Shown here: one piece after another, positions 53,020 to 54,341 of the stretch
Position numbering within the stretch: position 1 is the stretch's first letter
Layout: every line of letters begins with the position of its first letter
Origin: a virus
Lineage: Duplodnaviria > Caudoviricetes
Virus record (IMG/VR): IMGVR_UViG_3300047509_000095
Span: 1-54,341 of that record
Length of the DNA: 54,341 bases
Strand: one strand, 5' to 3'
Notes under the pieces: generated by a model
Seen by the model: only the letters and a program-made list of their open reading frames with translations
Told to the model about the DNA's origin: nothing
Database searches by the model: none
Translations under genes and position numbers: made by a program

Positions 53020-54341
53020 TCCCCAAACACGCCACGGCGCCACGCCCGCCGAGTGGGACCACCTGACCCTGATCCTGGGCCTGACCGCCGATCTGCTGCC
53101 CGTCGTCAGCAACCCGCATGCCGAGATCGGCCCCACTAGTGAATTGAAGGGGTTGGGGAAGACACCGTCCCGGTACAACGCCCTGCGCAAAGTGGTCGGG
53201 ATCAAGGGGTGGCCCCAGCACCAGGCCACGAACAACGCGGTAGCGGCCTGGTCGAAGGAGCCCGACTATGGGGTTTGTGTTATCACGCGCACCGTGCGCG
53301 CGATCGACATCGACATTGGTGATTGGAACGAGTCACACCCCGTCACGATGTTTATTCTCGAGCATCTGGCGCAAGAACTGCCGTGCAGGGTGCGCGACAA
53401 TAGCGCGAAATGCTTGTTGGCCTTCTCCCTACCCGGCGACATGCCGAAGCGCGTCCTGCACGTCGAGGGCGGCATCATCGAGTTTCTGGCCACGGGGCAG
53501 CAGTTCATCGCCTGTGGCACGCACCCCAGCGGCGCGCGCTACGAGTGGGAGGACGGCCTGCCCGACGAGTTCCCCACCCTCACGCTCGAGCAGTTTGAAA
53601 GCCTGTGGACCGCGCTCGACAAGCGCTTCTCGATCGCCCCTTCGTCCCAGTCCAAAGTATCGACCAAGGCCGAACGGCTCACCCAGGCGGCCCAGGACGA
53701 TCCTGTCGCGGCCCACCTATACGAACAAGGCCACGTGCGCAGCCAAGACCGTGACGGGCGCCTGCACATCGTCTGCCCCTGGCAATCAACCCACACGAAC
53801 GAGGCGACAAATGCCGACACCTCCACGACTTACTGGCCGGCTCATACAGGCGGATATGTCATGGGACACTTTAAATGTCTTCATGCGCATTGCACCGAAC
53901 GCACCGATCGAGACTTTAAAGACGCTGTCGGGTATGTGCTTGACGACGACCTTTCAGACTTTGATGACCTCGGGTCTTCGGCAGGGCTTTCCGATTTCCC
54001 CCTGGCTGGCGCTGTGTCGGCTGAAGCCGATTGCGGATCAGATTTCGATTGCGAAGAGGAGCAAGGCGCCGAACCTGCACTGGATAACGCCACGGTGGGC
54101 AGTAAGGACGCCGCCCCGAGTACCACAGTCAAGCAACGCTTTCCTCTTATCCCCGCTTTAGCGTTCAGCGAGCGGGCGGCGCCACGGTGGATTATCAAGG
54201 GTATCTTGCCCATGGCCGAGCTGGTCATTCTCTTTGGTGAGTCTGGCGCGGGCAAGAGTTTCACGGCGCTGGACCTGGCCGGCGCTGTGGCCCGCGGCAT
54301 AGAGTGGCGCGGCAACCGGACCCGCAAGGGGCGCGTCGTGT
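53012..54341 (+). CDS. Primase-helicase, N-terminal part (primase-polymerase domain); about 707 aa in total when joined to 1..921
   Basis: GTGA overlap start; IDIDI, G.QF.A.GTHPSGARYEW, CPW...H, F.C.HAHC; runs in frame into the Walker A motif. Confidence 0.85.
   Translation, partial: MTDPQTRHGATPAEWDHLTLILGLTADLLPVVSNPHAEIGPTSELKGLGKTPSRYNALRKVVGIKGWPQHQATNNAVAAWSKEPDYGVCVITRTVRAIDIDIGDWNESHPVTMFILEHLAQELPCRVRDNSAKCLLAFSLPGDMPKRVLHVEGGIIEFLATGQQFIACGTHPSGARYEWEDGLPDEFPTLTLEQFESLWTALDKRFSIAPSSQSKVSTKAERLTQAAQDDPVAAHLYEQGHVRSQDRDGRLHIVCPWQSTHTNEATNADTSTTYWPAHTGGYVMGHFKCLHAHCTERTDRDFKDAVGYVLDDDLSDFDDLGSSAGLSDFPLAGAVSAEADCGSDFDCEEEQGAEPALDNATVGSKDAAPSTTVKQRFPLIPALAFSERAAPRWIIKGILPMAELVILFGESGAGKSFTALDLAGAVARGIEWRGNRTRKGRVV
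54215..54341. repeat. 127-bp terminal direct repeat, copy 2
   Basis: Identical to 1-127. Confidence 0.95.

Overview
The window is an apparently complete, circularly assembled dsDNA phage genome of about 54.2 kb. Bases 1-127 repeat exactly at 54215-54341, a k-mer-sized assembly overlap that cuts through the primase-helicase gene. It is GC-rich and probably infects a proteobacterium (inference). The + strand carries a podovirus-type (BPP-1/T7-like) virion module: TerS, TerL, portal, scaffold, major capsid, tail tubes A/B, three internal virion proteins, fibre and tailspike. A lysis region follows, with a GH19 endolysin and a lipase. The - strand carries an APSE-like replication arm (DUF2800 nuclease, DUF2815 SSB, family A polymerase, VRR-NUC, SNF2 helicase, beta-clamp-like protein). 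I found no integrase, RNA polymerase, tRNA or CRISPR. The standout feature is a near-complete pseudaminic-acid (nonulosonic acid) biosynthesis cluster at 1.3-7.5 kb: PseB, PseC, PseF, an N-acetyl-sugar amidotransferase, a HisF-like protein, a PseH-like GNAT and PseI. It co-occurs with a Maf/GT42 sialyltransferase-like gene that sits between Ser/Thr-rich putative virion genes and TerL, which suggests a phage-encoded nonulosonate glycosylation system. Other oddities are a PolA split by an inserted HTH gene, a C5 methyltransferase with an overlapping alternative-frame subunit, a duplicated promoter/operator cassette with a KorC-like repressor, a structured leader before the capsid gene, a fibre with signal peptide + S74 + TM anchor, a PagP-like beta-barrel and a 27-bp tandem array that varies only non-synonymously. 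All family assignments come from recognising motifs by eye, not from database searches.
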